This document shows positions 8,483-19,761 of a stretch of 64,000 nucleotides of DNA, piece after piece. The notes under the pieces are model-generated. The model had not been told where the DNA came from. It made no database searches and worked only from the letters and a program-made list of their open reading frames with translations. Source of the DNA: an uncultured bacterium (GTDB taxonomy: Bacteria; Patescibacteriota; Minisyncoccia; UBA6257; 2-01-FULL-56-20); the NCBI GenBank assembly GCA_963844965.1, contig CAWJQC010000004.1, positions 128,001 through 192,000 on the forward strand. Direction: 5' to 3'. The first letter of the stretch is position 1. Each line of letters opens with the position of its first letter. The position numbers and the translations under genes were made by a program.

Positions 8483-10195
8483 CTAATTTACCGTTATTTT
8501 CACATGATTCGGGTTCGCGGGCAGGCTCCAAAGCCAGATCGGCCAGAGTGAAACCTTCGCCGAAGCAAGGTGAGGCAATGCGGCGATTGCAGAGCGCACG
8601 TCGCTCACATTTTTGCCGAGAATGCTTGACTTGAAATCGTCGGCGGAGAAATCGGGTTTCAGATCGCCCGAGGCGGAAACGTCAAAAGTTTCTTTGCCAT
8701 TTTTAAAATCCACCTTTATCTGGCTGTAGTTGATCTGCGGATTGCCGTCAAAAACCATATTCGGGTTGCTCGCCGCCGCCGCCGCAGAAAGGAAAGAATC
8801 CAAACTTTTTTCTCCAGTCTCGCGGAAACACAGAACTAGAATATTTGCTTCTCCCAAGACGCTGAAACTGCCGCTCGCATTGGTATCTTCATCCACCTTC
8901 AGTTTCGTGACATTGAATTGCTCGGCGCCGTCCAAAACCTTGCAATCCGTCGGATAAGCGGCGGTAAGAGAATTATCAAGGGCGCTACGCAAGGCCGCAG
9001 TAGTTTTATCCTTGGCTTTCGCAATGTCGTCCGCGGTGGGCACCGCTTTTTCGCCGATGAAACCGCCGCTTGTCCCGCTCTTCAGTTCCCCGTAAAAACC
9101 GTCGTAGCGCGGTGAACCCTTGAAACCGGGGATAGTAAGCTTGGAAACCGGCCCGACATTGTATCCCTCGCCGGCAACGTCGGCTACCACGGTGGCATCT
9201 ATCGACGACGGTATGATATTGCCGTTATTGATTTGCGCGCCGGGAACAATCACGCTTGCCGGAATTCTGAAAATCTTGCCGTCTGGGGTCGCGAACCGCG
9301 TGGTTGCCACCAGTGTTTGGGGCGCTGAGCTGTAAGCGTTGTAGATAGTGATGGTTCCCTGCGCTTTTTGCGATACATCCTTATTTGAAGATGCTGGGTA
9401 AAGCTGAACGGTGTTCTTGGTATCGGTCACTATCCAGCCGGGCAGAATATTCTTGTTAAAATCAACGTTTGAAACGGACTTATCCGCCGAGAAAGCGTGC
9501 TCGTAACTCCACGGCGTCCTCGTAAAAGTTATCACTACGTCGGCTTTGTTGAAATAGTTGTTAACGATCAAAAAGATGGCGACGAGAATCAAAATCGAAA
9601 CTCCTATCAAGAGCACCGGTTTGAAAATTTTACGCCTCTGTTCCGCTGTTATGACGGGAATTCTACTAATCTTCCCAACGGCCGGCTCTTTCACGATCTT
9701 TTCCACCACAGCTTCCTGCTTAGGAGGCGCGCTTACCGGAGCTGCTTCTTTCTCGTAAAGCACGGCTGGGGGTTGCTCTTCTTTTTCTTTGCGGCCTCTT
9801 TTTGGCTGGATGGGCGCTTCCGGCTTATCTTCTTTCGAGCCGCGCGGAACTATGTCGGAAAGCGAAGAACTCTTGCGGTCTCCCTCAAAAAATGAATGGG
9901 TAGCGACGAGATTCGCGGACTTGGACAACGCCAGAATCTCATCGTCCACGGACTCCACAAAAACATTCTTGCCGCTCGCAGCGGCTTCCCTCCTTATTAA
10001 ATGAAAATTGCTCACAGACTCCTTGAGCCGTGAATTTTTCGGCACGACGAGCGTCAAATCCGTCTCTTCGTCGCCGATGATTTTTTCCACAACCTCCGCC
10101 ACGCCTTCGTTTTTGTCTATGAAAAGTTTTTTCACGGAGTATTCGCGAATAATGCGAATTTTGTTTGGATAGTAACCGCTAAAGCCGATTCGCAT
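8483..10195 (-). CDS. hypothetical membrane-anchored extracellular protein
   Basis: 570 aa; cytoplasmic N-terminal domain, one TM helix (VLLIGVSILILVAIFLIV), large extracellular domain. Confidence 0.6.
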   Translation of the reverse strand: MRIGFSGYYPNKIRIIREYSVKKLFIDKNEGVAEVVEKIIGDEETDLTLVVPKNSRLKESVSNFHLIRREAAASGKNVFVESVDDEILALSKSANLVATHSFFEGDRKSSSLSDIVPRGSKEDKPEAPIQPKRGRKEKEEQPPAVLYEKEAAPVSAPPKQEAVVEKIVKEPAVGKISRIPVITAEQRRKIFKPVLLIGVSILILVAIFLIVNNYFNKADVVITFTRTPWSYEHAFSADKSVSNVDFNKNILPGWIVTDTKNTVQLYPASSNKDVSQKAQGTITIYNAYSSAPQTLVATTRFATPDGKIFRIPASVIVPGAQINNGNIIPSSIDATVVADVAGEGYNVGPVSKLTIPGFKGSPRYDGFYGELKSGTSGGFIGEKAVPTADDIAKAKDKTTAALRSALDNSLTAAYPTDCKVLDGAEQFNVTKLKVDEDTNASGSFSVLGEANILVLCFRETGEKSLDSFLSAAAAASNPNMVFDGNPQINYSQIKVDFKNGKETFDVSASGDLKPDFSADDFKSSILGKNVSDVRSAIAALPHLASAKVSLWPIWLWSLPANPNHVKITVN

Positions 10196-10256
10196 TATTT
10201 GCTATCATTCGCGTTATTAGCGATTACTCCAAAATTATAGCACAAAACTCCAAACA

Positions 10257-11396
10257 TTACTCCTGTATCAGCCAGTGCAGGCGCCTGCGCAGTTTATTGT
10301 TTATATCCGAATCGCTCTTGTCGCGGTAAAATTCAAAAAATGGCGCGAGTTTAATGAATATATCCCGCTCGGCGAGTGGCCACTCGCCGAAATCCGCCCG
10401 AAAACCTCCTTTTTCAAGAGCTTTCGCGAGCGGAAGGTCCGAGAAAGCAAGCCGCCCGACGGCCCGCGACGCGTCAAATGGAACCGGAACCGTCGAATAC
10501 AGGAACACCCGACCCTTGAGCCGCGACTTCTTGACCTCGGCCAAAAAATTATCAACCTCCGGCCGCAGAATTCGGTAAAAAGAACCGACAAAGGCGGGAG
10601 AAGCGTCTTTCCTCATAAAGGCGCCGTATAGCTTCATTGACGCCGGCTGGCTCACTTGGAGCGCCGAGATAATCGCCTTCCAGAACGACTTCATCCGCCA
10701 CTCTATTTCTCCCGAATAAACAGCGTTGCCCCAAGCGGCCTTGTCCAGTGTGAGGTAGGAAGTTTTTTCTTCGCCGACCAAAAGCAAATTGACCGGCAAC
10801 GATTCCACCCAGGCGAGAGAACGCAGGCCGGCAAGATGCGAGCCGGTAAAGAAAAAGCCTTCTTTGGAATTGAATAGGTCCTTGAGGCCGTAGAAAACCG
10901 GGCGCGTCGTGAACGTAAGCTCCAGCACCCCCTCAACCGTTTTGCCGCCAAAGCCAACGGGGTTCAAGACGGCGTGGCCGTCCATTTTGAAGTTGGTGAT
11001 CTTGGAATTAACGAGAATGGTATCAAGCTCGTCCGCCCCCAGGCGCGCGCTTGCGTTCTTCCTCTCATTATTGAACAATCTGCCGATTGCCTGTGCGAGA
11101 AGATTTTCCAGCTCCACGAGCGTAAGCGAATGAGAGACGGCGGACGTATCGCGCGCGAGCTTGACCGGAAAAGTTGTCGTGTGTATGAGCTCGGGCGCGG
11201 CCGAGACAATGACTTTCCTCCCGCGCAAATTCCGCGCCCGCGCGGCGCCGATTTTCTTCAAAGGAAAATCGTGCCAAATTTTTTCAAGACGCAAATTTCT
11301 TTCGCCGTCAACGCTCAAAAGCAAGGCGGAGGTTTTATCCTCGGCAACCTCCAAAAGCAAAAATTTTTCCTTGCCCCGTAGTAAATTTCTAAACAT
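10257..11396 (-). CDS. hypothetical protein
   Basis: 379-aa ORF, no recognised motifs. Confidence 0.55.
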   Translation of the reverse strand: MFRNLLRGKEKFLLLEVAEDKTSALLLSVDGERNLRLEKIWHDFPLKKIGAARARNLRGRKVIVSAAPELIHTTTFPVKLARDTSAVSHSLTLVELENLLAQAIGRLFNNERKNASARLGADELDTILVNSKITNFKMDGHAVLNPVGFGGKTVEGVLELTFTTRPVFYGLKDLFNSKEGFFFTGSHLAGLRSLAWVESLPVNLLLVGEEKTSYLTLDKAAWGNAVYSGEIEWRMKSFWKAIISALQVSQPASMKLYGAFMRKDASPAFVGSFYRILRPEVDNFLAEVKKSRLKGRVFLYSTVPVPFDASRAVGRLAFSDLPLAKALEKGGFRADFGEWPLAERDIFIKLAPFFEFYRDKSDSDINNKLRRRLHWLIQE

Positions 11397-11536
11397 CTAC
11401 GTAAACTGCCTTAATTTTGCGACGCAGGATACGAGGATTTTCCCGAGAAAATCATTGTTTGAAATTTTACTTCGGGGGCGCGGGCGAAAAAAATTTAGAT
11501 TCATCGCTTACTATTATCTTAACACAAACGGCGCGT

Positions 11537-12442
11537 TTACCGAAGCACGTTGTGCGGAAAATTTTCAAATCGACGGATGACGAAGCGGGGGACAGAATGC
11601 AAAAACTGGAGATAGGCGCGGAGATAATGTTTTTTTATGATCATCTCGCTGTTGTGCTCAACTATGAGCTTGAAAATCGTGTCAAGCGTCCGCCGATAAT
11701 GAGCGAGGTCTTCGCGCCGAATCGCGCCTTGCCATGTTTTCGTAAGATTTTCAGTCAGAGGCAGAGTCGCTTCAACTGAAAAAAGAGATTTCGTGTGGAG
11801 AATGCTGTAAATTTCGTGCGCGTCCGGATCGCCGATGATGGGATATTTCCCTTTGTAGCTGCAGAGGATGCGGGGAAACGGGTCATATCCGGTTTTTTCC
11901 TCAACGAGAAGCGGCGCCTTCACGTGTTCCTCTTCTATCTCGCTCTCCAATTTTCTGATCTGCTTTTTTCCATAGTAATCAACCACAAAATGTTTCGGAT
12001 GCGGAACAATAAGGACCATCTCCCGCTTTTTCGCGATATAATCCAAAAATTCCGTTTCCGTGAGATTTCCAAAAATCTCGTCGTTCTTGAGAATTGTGTA
12101 ATTGGTCCTCTTTTTGACGTAGTCGCGGAGATTGTCGTGGTCACCGAACGTTAAAAGTTCACGCCGGGCCACCAGTTTGAAAACCGCGTCAACGAACCGC
12201 TTTTTCAATTTCCACTGTATCCCAGGAATGACAAGAACTTTTTCGGTGCTGTAGGCCAACGCTTCTTTCATCGTTATCGGAATCACATTATGGTCCGAGA
12301 TTCCGAGAACCGCGCGCTCGCCGCCGGGCAGGTTGCGTTCAAGATACTCAACGTACCTCTCAATCGGCACCGCCGAATCGTGCGAGCGGTCGGAGTGAAC
12401 GTGAAATTCCAGAAGCAGCCGCGGTTTCATCGTAATTGTCAT
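11537..12442 (-). CDS. PHP-domain metal-dependent phosphoesterase
   Basis: PHP histidine motifs LEFHVHSDRSHDS and GISDHN; 4-nt overlap with the alaS start. Confidence 0.7.
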   Translation of the reverse strand: MTITMKPRLLLEFHVHSDRSHDSAVPIERYVEYLERNLPGGERAVLGISDHNVIPITMKEALAYSTEKVLVIPGIQWKLKKRFVDAVFKLVARRELLTFGDHDNLRDYVKKRTNYTILKNDEIFGNLTETEFLDYIAKKREMVLIVPHPKHFVVDYYGKKQIRKLESEIEEEHVKAPLLVEEKTGYDPFPRILCSYKGKYPIIGDPDAHEIYSILHTKSLFSVEATLPLTENLTKTWQGAIRREDLAHYRRTLDTIFKLIVEHNSEMIIKKHYLRAYLQFLHSVPRFVIRRFENFPHNVLR

Positions 12443-14379
12443 TCAATAACTCCGCGGATGCGCCTCACGCCCGCGCCGACCGCCTCTTCTTTCGCGATCC
12501 TGAAACGCCCTATTTCTCCGGTGTGTTCCACGTGCGGGCCGCCACAAAATTCTATAGAGAACGCCTTATCGAACTGCGGACTTTCCGGCGTAGCCGATTT
12601 CGGTCCAACGGAATAGACCGAGACGCGGTCGGGGTACTTCTGCCCAAACTCGTGCTCGGCGCCCAGCTTCTCCGCCTCTTCGCGGGCTATTTCACTACGG
12701 ATAACGGGTAAATCTTCGGCGATTTTTTCATTCACGATACGCTCAACTTCTTTCTTTTGTTCTTCGGTCATCTTTTCATTGTGGACAAAATCCATCCGCA
12801 AACGTTCACTCGTGATATTACTCCCCCGCTGTTTCACCTCTGGTCCAAGCACAATTTGCAGGGCCTTCAATAGCAAATGATGCGCAGTATGCAACCGCGT
12901 CGTCTTTTCGGAATGGTCGGCAAGCCCACCTTTAAATGTACCGGCGGATGCTGTACGGGATAGTTTTTGATGCCCCGCAAAAGATTTTTCGAACCCAGCT
13001 TCATCAACTTTTATCCCAACTCTTTCCGCCTCATCCTTAATGTAGTCTATGGGCAAACCATACGTCGAAAAAAGAATGAAGGCTTTATCCCCAGGAATAA
13101 CGCCATCGGATACCGATATTCGGATGACTCTCTCTAACTCTGAACGCGATTTTAGAATTTCGGTGAATTTTCCAGCTTCCCTCAAAACAACTTCTTTAAT
13201 CTTGTCTTCTTTTCCCACTAACTCCATATAGAATTTTATTGCATTCGAAATAATAGAATTAATAACAAAATGCGTTTTCTCATCCCATCCCATTCGCGGC
13301 CTCGAATCTAATGGAATAATTGCATCTTTTTTGGTAAGGCTGATAACATGAAAAATTGCTCTACGGAGAATGCGCCGCAAAACATATCCTCGCTCTTTAT
13401 TGCTTGGTTCTACGCCATCACCAATCAAATTTATGGCGGCCCGTAAATAATCTAGGATTATTCTCTTTTTTCGGACATCCTCACTTTCTTTATATTGATG
13501 AAGTGGTTCGGCCATAGCTTGGAATACGTCGATTTTGAAGATGTCGGGGTCGTTATTCGCCGCCGCGGTAATGCGCTCAAGTCCGCCGCCGAAATCTACG
13601 TTTCGCTGCGGAAGTTTTTCAAAAGAGCCATCCTCTCTTTTTTTGAATTCCATAAAAACGGAGTTCCCTATTTCAAGAAAGCGTCCACAATCACAGTTCG
13701 GATGGCACTTTTTCCCAAACTTAGTATCGTGCGACGTACCAAAATCGTAGAAAACTTCCGAATCCGGTCCGCCCGGCTCGCCCGCAGGCATCTCTGAGGG
13801 CATGCCGGCGCGGCTCCACCAATTCTTTTTTACTCCGTAGCCGAAAATGCGTTCGTCGGTCCGCATACCCTTCTCGCTTGCGTCTTCTTCGGTATTCATC
13901 TCGGCATATTTCGCAGAAATTTTCTTTTCGGCAAAAAGTTTCTGCCAGATTTCAACGGAATCATTATCGCGCTCAACGCCTTCTCCTCCTGAAAACACCG
14001 TTACATAAAGATTCTCCGGTTTGAGGCCAACGCCGCCTTCTTCCGGTTTATTCGTCAAAAATTCAAAGAACCAGCGAAGTTGGTCCCGTTTCCAATAATC
14101 TCCGAGCGACCAGTTGCCGAGCATCTCGAAAAAAGTCGTATGCCGATTGTCGCCTACTTCGTCTATGTCTTCGGTGCGAAAACTTTTTTGCGAGTTAGCG
14201 ACCCGCTTTCCTTCTGGATGCGGTGCGCCCAAAATATACGGCATGAGCGGCTGCATACCGCTTCCCGTAAAAAGCGTCGTCGGATCATTTTCTGGCACAA
14301 GCGAAGCCGAAGGAATAATCGCGTGCCCGCGCGCCTTGAAAAACTCCAGAAACTTTCGGCGGATTTCTTCAGAAGTCAT
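12439..14379 (-). CDS. alaS: alanine--tRNA ligase (short form, 646 aa)
   Basis: Class II AlaRS N-terminus (FLEFFKARGHAIIPSASLVPENDPTTLFTGSGMQP) and editing-domain HTAHHLL motif. Confidence 0.9.
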   Translation of the reverse strand: MTSEEIRRKFLEFFKARGHAIIPSASLVPENDPTTLFTGSGMQPLMPYILGAPHPEGKRVANSQKSFRTEDIDEVGDNRHTTFFEMLGNWSLGDYWKRDQLRWFFEFLTNKPEEGGVGLKPENLYVTVFSGGEGVERDNDSVEIWQKLFAEKKISAKYAEMNTEEDASEKGMRTDERIFGYGVKKNWWSRAGMPSEMPAGEPGGPDSEVFYDFGTSHDTKFGKKCHPNCDCGRFLEIGNSVFMEFKKREDGSFEKLPQRNVDFGGGLERITAAANNDPDIFKIDVFQAMAEPLHQYKESEDVRKKRIILDYLRAAINLIGDGVEPSNKERGYVLRRILRRAIFHVISLTKKDAIIPLDSRPRMGWDEKTHFVINSIISNAIKFYMELVGKEDKIKEVVLREAGKFTEILKSRSELERVIRISVSDGVIPGDKAFILFSTYGLPIDYIKDEAERVGIKVDEAGFEKSFAGHQKLSRTASAGTFKGGLADHSEKTTRLHTAHHLLLKALQIVLGPEVKQRGSNITSERLRMDFVHNEKMTEEQKKEVERIVNEKIAEDLPVIRSEIAREEAEKLGAEHEFGQKYPDRVSVYSVGPKSATPESPQFDKAFSIEFCGGPHVEHTGEIGRFRIAKEEAVGAGVRRIRGVIE

Positions 14380-14494
14380 AGTATATAAACTTTATCCCGC
14401 AAATCATAAATCGTCAAAAACAAAACGACCCTCCTACCTCTTCGCGATTGCGAAGTTTCGGAGGGTCGGGCACTAAAGCCAAAGTGAAAAAGAA

Positions 14495-15082
14495 TCAGCG
14501 GGCGAGGACCTGGGAGCCGACGAGCCACCTGAACGGGCGATCGACCGAGTAGGCGTGCATGTCCCAGCCACTGCCGTGCCAGTCCGCGTATACCGCCCAG
14601 AGGTTGCCGTCGCTGCCAATGATGTAAGCGATGTTCGCATACCCATTGGTAAGGAACAGCCCTGCCTCGCCCTTTGACTGCTTTTCGAGCAGTTCAAAGA
14701 AGTGGGCGAGAAAAATCCGGGCCCGTTCACCGAGTTCAGCGAGGACTTGGGCGTCGAGCAACGCCCTTTCCAAATTGTACGCGTTGAGGGTCGTTGCCTC
14801 GACGTTTTCCTCAACCATGTCGAAGAAAAGCTTCCTAAAGTTGCCGTCCATCCGGACGACGTTCGCTGCCTTGATGTGATCTTTGGCGACAAATTTCTTC
14901 GAGCCGTTGACCGCGACTGTCGCGACTTGTTTAAGCAAATCTGACATTTTCACGACAAGCTCGCCGCGGAGGAACCGTTCGGGTCCGTCTTCGCCGGCCT
15001 GCTTTTTGAGTAACTTAACAATTGCGTTCAGTTTGCCAGCGGTATAATCCTTCGATGCAAACTCTGCATTCTCTGCACTCAT
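14495..15082 (-). CDS. hypothetical protein
   Basis: 195-aa ORF, no recognised motifs. Confidence 0.5.
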   Translation of the reverse strand: MSAENAEFASKDYTAGKLNAIVKLLKKQAGEDGPERFLRGELVVKMSDLLKQVATVAVNGSKKFVAKDHIKAANVVRMDGNFRKLFFDMVEENVEATTLNAYNLERALLDAQVLAELGERARIFLAHFFELLEKQSKGEAGLFLTNGYANIAYIIGSDGNLWAVYADWHGSGWDMHAYSVDRPFRWLVGSQVLAR

Positions 15083-15159
15083 GGTCTTGCCTCCTTACCC
15101 TAATTTGGGCGTTTAGATTTTCCTCTAATCCGAGGATGGAGCTGCCACACGGCAAAGCA

Positions 15160-15790
15160 ACTTGCGCTTGGCTTCGTAGTCACAGCCAGAAATCCCCTGT
15201 TTTCCAAGGAACTTTTGGCCGTGACTACGATTTACGATTTTCAATGTACGCCAACATTATACATCCAAATAGTCTATTTTGTCAATCACCGCGGGCTAAA
15301 GCCCGCGGCTTGTGTTCGGCTCCTGTTCCCACTGGTTTCTGATATATTCTCTCATCGCTTTTTCGTTTTGACGGCCAACGGTTTCGGCAAAGTAACCATC
15401 CTGCCACAAGCTGTCTCCCCAGAGGAATTCTTCCAGCTCGGGAAATTCTTTTCTGACAGCCCTGGACGTACCGCCTTTGAGATAAAACACCGCTTTGGCA
15501 ACCGTCAGGGTAGCAGGAATTTGAAGCAATAGATGGACATGGTCGGGCATTATCTGCGCTTCATGGATGAACCATTTATTCATCTTGGCGGCTTGAAAGA
15601 ACAATGTCTTGAGTCGCCCGACCATGTCCCCTCGCAGTATCGAGCGGCGGTACTTTGGGCAGAAAACAACGTGGTACAAACATCGCGTATAGCTGTGGTT
15701 GCTTGGCCAGAATCCAGAGGGCATTATCTTCATTATCGCACCGGCAGAAACCAGTGGGAACAGGCAAATAAGCCCTCCGCCCCTCGCTTC
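15160..15790. mobile_element. IS200/IS605-family insertion sequence (boundaries approximate)
   Basis: TnpA gene flanked by the perfect 18-bp inverted repeat tgttcccactggtttctg (15318-15335 and 15741-15758) and subterminal hairpins (cgtagtcacagcc...ggccgtgactacg; ccgcgggctaaagcccgcgg). Confidence 0.45.
15296..15733 (-). CDS. tnpA: IS200/IS605-family Y1 (HuH) transposase TnpA
   Basis: 145 aa; YHVVFCPKYRR, HuH motif MPDHVHLLLQIP, catalytic Tyr context REYIRNQ. Confidence 0.85.
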   Translation of the reverse strand: MKIMPSGFWPSNHSYTRCLYHVVFCPKYRRSILRGDMVGRLKTLFFQAAKMNKWFIHEAQIMPDHVHLLLQIPATLTVAKAVFYLKGGTSRAVRKEFPELEEFLWGDSLWQDGYFAETVGRQNEKAMREYIRNQWEQEPNTSRGL

Positions 15791-15960
15791 GCTCGGGGCT
15801 ACGGGGTCGCCTTATCCTCGGCCTAAAGGCCGGGGCTTGCGGCGGAGCGGGTCAATGTACTATCTTGTCCTTGTTTTACAATGAAAACTGCAATGGTACA
15901 TATCCATTTCTTGGGCATGGAGATCCCCCGCCTGCCGGTAGGCAGGTTCGCCGTGCTCAG

Positions 15961-15997
15961 GATGACATAAAAATCAGCGATTATATCTCGCTGATTT
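15961..15997 (-). terminator. rho-independent terminator of rpoD
   Basis: Hairpin aaaatcagcga-ttatatc-tcgctgatttt immediately after the rpoD stop, followed by a U-run on the minus strand. Confidence 0.6.
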
Positions 15998-17209
15998 TTA
16001 TGTCAGGTTCTCAAAACCTTCTAGTGCCTTTGATTTCCCATGCTCCCTAATTTTCTCCAGCGCCTTCGCCTCAATCTGGCGGATGCGCTCGCGCGTGACG
16101 CCGAAGGCCTTTCCCACTTCTTCAAGCGTGTGGTTCACGCCATCGTCCAAGCCGAAACGCATCTTGAGAATTTTCTGTTCGCGCTCCGCGAGGTCCACCA
16201 GAATTTCCTTTATCAAATCGCGGAGCAGGGCGTGCGCGGCGAGCTGAGCCGGTGTTTGGTTCCGCTCGTCGGGGATGAAATCGGAGAGCGTGGAGTCCTC
16301 CTCGTCGCCGATGGGAGTTTCAATGGACAGAACCTCCTGCGAAATTTTTTGGATGTGCCGCACCTTGTCCACTTCCAACCCCATCTCGGCGGCGATTTCT
16401 TCCGCCAAGGGTTCACGCCCGAGTTCCTGGATCAGCTGGCGGCGCGCCTGCGTGTATTTGGAAATCGTCTCCACCATGTGCACCGGAATGCGCACCGTGC
16501 GCGACTGGTCGGCGAGTGCCCGCGTAATCGCCTGCCGAATCCACCACGTCGCATACGTTGAAAATTTGAAACCCTTGCGGTAATCAAATTTCTCCACGGC
16601 GCGCGAAAGCCCGATATTCCCCTCCTGTATCAAGTCAAGAATGGAGAGGTGCGGCGTGCGGTTCACGTAACGCTTGGCGATGGAAACCACGAGTCGCAGG
16701 TTGGCTTTCATAAGTTTCTGGCGGGCGTCTTCGTCCCCACGCTCGGCGCGCTTCGCCAATTCTTTTTCTTCTGCCTTAATTAAGAGCGGGGTCTTCCCTA
16801 TTTCCTTGAGATATATCTGAACCGCGTCCGGCACCTCTCCTTCCATCGCCAAGGCGTCGTCCAATTCTTTTTGGGCGAGTTCTTCCTTTGAAAAGCCGAC
16901 GAGTGCGCTTGTTTCTATGACTTTGATGCCGGCTTTTTCCAGACGGTCGTACACTTCATCCAAAAACGCCACGTCGTCTTCTATTTTCGGAAAGTAATAG
17001 AGAATCTCATTATCTGTCACAAAACCGCGCGGCTTCCCGCGTTCCAAAAGTTCCTTCAGGGATTCTTCGCGCGCCTCGGCCGCCGCCGCGGCTTTCCTGC
17101 CTAAACGGCGGGTCTTGCGCTTGGCTTTCTTCGGCTTCGCCGAAGACCGTCGTTCCCCCCTGTGCTTGCGGTACTTCCCGCGTTTTTTCCCGGACTTTTT
17201 ATTTTCCAT
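15998..17209 (-). CDS. rpoD: RNA polymerase sigma factor RpoD (sigma-70)
   Basis: Regions 2-4 conserved ([41 protein letters not shown]); ORF extends to 17257 but the likely start is MENKKSG at 17209. Confidence 0.9.
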   Translation of the reverse strand: MENKKSGKKRGKYRKHRGERRSSAKPKKAKRKTRRLGRKAAAAAEAREESLKELLERGKPRGFVTDNEILYYFPKIEDDVAFLDEVYDRLEKAGIKVIETSALVGFSKEELAQKELDDALAMEGEVPDAVQIYLKEIGKTPLLIKAEEKELAKRAERGDEDARQKLMKANLRLVVSIAKRYVNRTPHLSILDLIQEGNIGLSRAVEKFDYRKGFKFSTYATWWIRQAITRALADQSRTVRIPVHMVETISKYTQARRQLIQELGREPLAEEIAAEMGLEVDKVRHIQKISQEVLSIETPIGDEEDSTLSDFIPDERNQTPAQLAAHALLRDLIKEILVDLAEREQKILKMRFGLDDGVNHTLEEVGKAFGVTRERIRQIEAKALEKIREHGKSKALEGFENLT

Positions 17210-17341
17210 AACTTTATCATAAAAAACTCCCAAAACTTCACACCATATACGAAGCAATTATGGACATTTTATTAATAGAATACAGGTGTTTCCATAATTT
17301 TTCAACCCAATCGCAGAAGTTAAATGAACAAGCGCGAAACA

Positions 17342-17818
17342 TTAAAACCAGCTGGCGTTATTCACAATCAAACCTCCCAAGTATTTGCTTAACAATACAA
17401 TAACAAGGGCGACGGCGGCGTGCTCAACAATTATCGGCAAAGGAGCCACCCGTTTCCTTTCGGCGACGGCGCGGCTCACTAACGACAAAACCGCCAGGCC
17501 GTACACAAGAGAGGCAAGAATCGCAATATTTAAGGGAAGGAGGGCGACAATAATGACAAATCCAAGCGAAACAATCAGCCGGCTGACGAAATTGGTGAAA
17601 GTGGATATCCAAACGTTGCGTGAATTCTGCCCTTCCGATTCCTGAAATATATGGATCCCAAGAGAGTCGGATAAATTATCCGCGATGGCGATCACAAACA
17701 AGCCGTCTATGATGCCCACCTTGGCGTTGACCGCCGAGCTGAGTCCCGTAATCAGGGCCATGTTGGTGATTATCGCCGACGCACTTCCGAAACTTATCCT
17801 GGTTAGGGGCAATTTCAT
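17342..17818 (-). CDS. hypothetical integral membrane protein
   Basis: 158 aa with ~4 TM helices. Confidence 0.5.
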   Translation of the reverse strand: MKLPLTRISFGSASAIITNMALITGLSSAVNAKVGIIDGLFVIAIADNLSDSLGIHIFQESEGQNSRNVWISTFTNFVSRLIVSLGFVIIVALLPLNIAILASLVYGLAVLSLVSRAVAERKRVAPLPIIVEHAAVALVIVLLSKYLGGLIVNNASWF

Positions 17819-17879
17819 TTATTAAAATCGAAAAAAATAATTTAACCGATCCAGATTACGATTTGGATAGTGATATTTT

Positions 17880-19625
17880 CTAAGATTCGTACACGGGCGC
17901 TGACAGGCCGTTCAGCTTCTCATTGATGCTCTGCAATTCCCGAATGGCGGATTCGCGGCCGGCTTCGTCGCCCACATCCTCGCGCTGCTTGACCTCATCC
18001 GCGAGCCGGCGTCTTTCTTCTTTGCAATGTTCTTTGATCAGCTCCGTTTTCAGCTCACCAAGTTCCTGCGCGCCGATATCAGCCGCACCAAGCACGATAA
18101 AATCCAAGAATCTCGTCCAAGGCGGGATCCGGAAGCTTCCTTTCTCCCTTTTGGAGAGCTTCCAAAATTTTTCCGCAATCCTTCGCAAGATAAGGAACAA
18201 TGTCATCCAAAATGCCGTAGTCGCTCTTCGCAACCGCCGCGCGCAGGAGAGTTTCGCTCACAAGTTCGCGCCGCGAATATTTCCGCGCGTGCGCATTCGA
18301 GACGTCCGTATCTTTTGAAAAGTCGCTGGTTTTAGATTCCGGTTTCGGCAAATTCATTTTTTCTGATTCCTCAATCAAAATCTTTTCGTCAATGCGCGCG
18401 CGCTTGGAAAGTTCCTTGAGCCAGAAACTTCTCTCAATCGGACTGGAGATGTTCACGATCTTGCCCAGCACAAGCCGCACATTATGGAGACCCCTGCGGC
18501 TGGAATAATCGGCTGAATTGCCTTTTTCCAAGTACTTGTCAAGATAGAATGCCATCGCCGGCACGGCTTCCTTGATGGCTTTCGTGAGATTTTCCGCTCC
18601 GGCTTCCGCGGCTTCGGCGGGATCCTTGAAGTCGGCGAACGTCGCGACCTTGACGCTGAAATCGTTGGCTTCAGCGAGGTCAATCGCCCGCTCCGAGGCC
18701 GCGGAACCGGCCGCGTCGGAATCAAAACTCAAAATAATTTCCTCGGTAAGGCGCTTAATACTCTAAGATGGTCGGCCGTAAGCGCGGTGCCGGAAGTCGC
18801 CACGGCATTCTTCACTCCGGCTTGCCAGCTCGCGAGAAAATCCATCTGCCCCTCCACGAGGAAAACCGAGCCGGCGTCGTGTATGGAATTTTTGCTTTTC
18901 CAAAATCCGTAGAGGAGACGGGACTTGTTAAAGATTGGCGTCTCCGGCGAATTCACGTACTTGCCGACGTTCTCGTTCTCAAACTGAGGAAGCAGCCGCC
19001 CGGTAAAGCCGACCACCTTGCCGAAATGATTGTGGATGGGAAACATTATCCGGCCGCGGAACCTGTCAAGAAGCAGGCCGCGCTCGGTTTTCACCGCGAG
19101 CCCGGCGCGTAAAATATCGTCCGGCGCGTAGCCCCTGTTCAAAAAATGCATGGAGAGCGCTTCCGGCTCGTTCGGCGCCCAGCCCAATTCAAACTCGTCT
19201 ATGGTTTCGGGTTTTAGCTGCCGGCCCACGAGATACTTCTTCACGACGGGAGTGCTCGTGAGCGCTTTGATATAAAATTCTTTCGCGGCGTTCTGAAGTT
19301 CAAATAAAAGTCCCGTATATTTGTGTTCGGCGGGATCAAGCCGCCTTAACTCCACGCCCGCCTTCTCGGCCAAAATCCGCAAGGCCTCGCCGAATTCCAG
19401 ATTCTCGTAGCGCATGACGAATCCGAAAATGTCGCCGCCCAAACCGCAGCCGAAGCAATGCCAGGACTGCCGTTCCGGCGAAACCATGAAAGAAGGCGTC
19501 TTCTCCTTATGGAAAGGGCAGGATGCCTTGAAATTTTTTCCGGCCGGCTGCAAATTCAAATACCCGCGCAGGAACTGCACTATGTCCAATTTCTCCTTGA
19601 TAAGCTCGGTGGTGGAGGAAGGCAT
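17880..19625 (-). CDS. dnaG: DNA primase, interrupted by two apparent frameshifts (~18735 and ~18105)
   Basis: Zinc finger CPFHKEKTPSFMVSPERQSWHCFGCG, TOPRIM EGQMDFL..SFDSDAAG and the C-terminal helical domain lie in three consecutive overlapping frames. Confidence 0.8.
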
Positions 19626-19705
19626 TTGTCTTCATTGTAGGTTGTAAATTGGAAATTGGAAATTGGTTTCTGTGCGTATCTTGGGCAAGAGATAGGTCAA
19701 TCATC

Positions 19706-19734
19706 TTGACGCATGCCCGAGGCTTCGCTAGAAT
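19706..19734 (+). promoter_or_regulatory. sigma-70-like promoter for the 19762 gene
   Basis: TTGACG (19706-19711), 17-nt spacer, TAGAAT (19729-19734), then SD aaggagg and ATG at 19762. Confidence 0.5.
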
Positions 19735-19761
19735 CATGGAAGTCCATTAAGGAGGCGGGTC

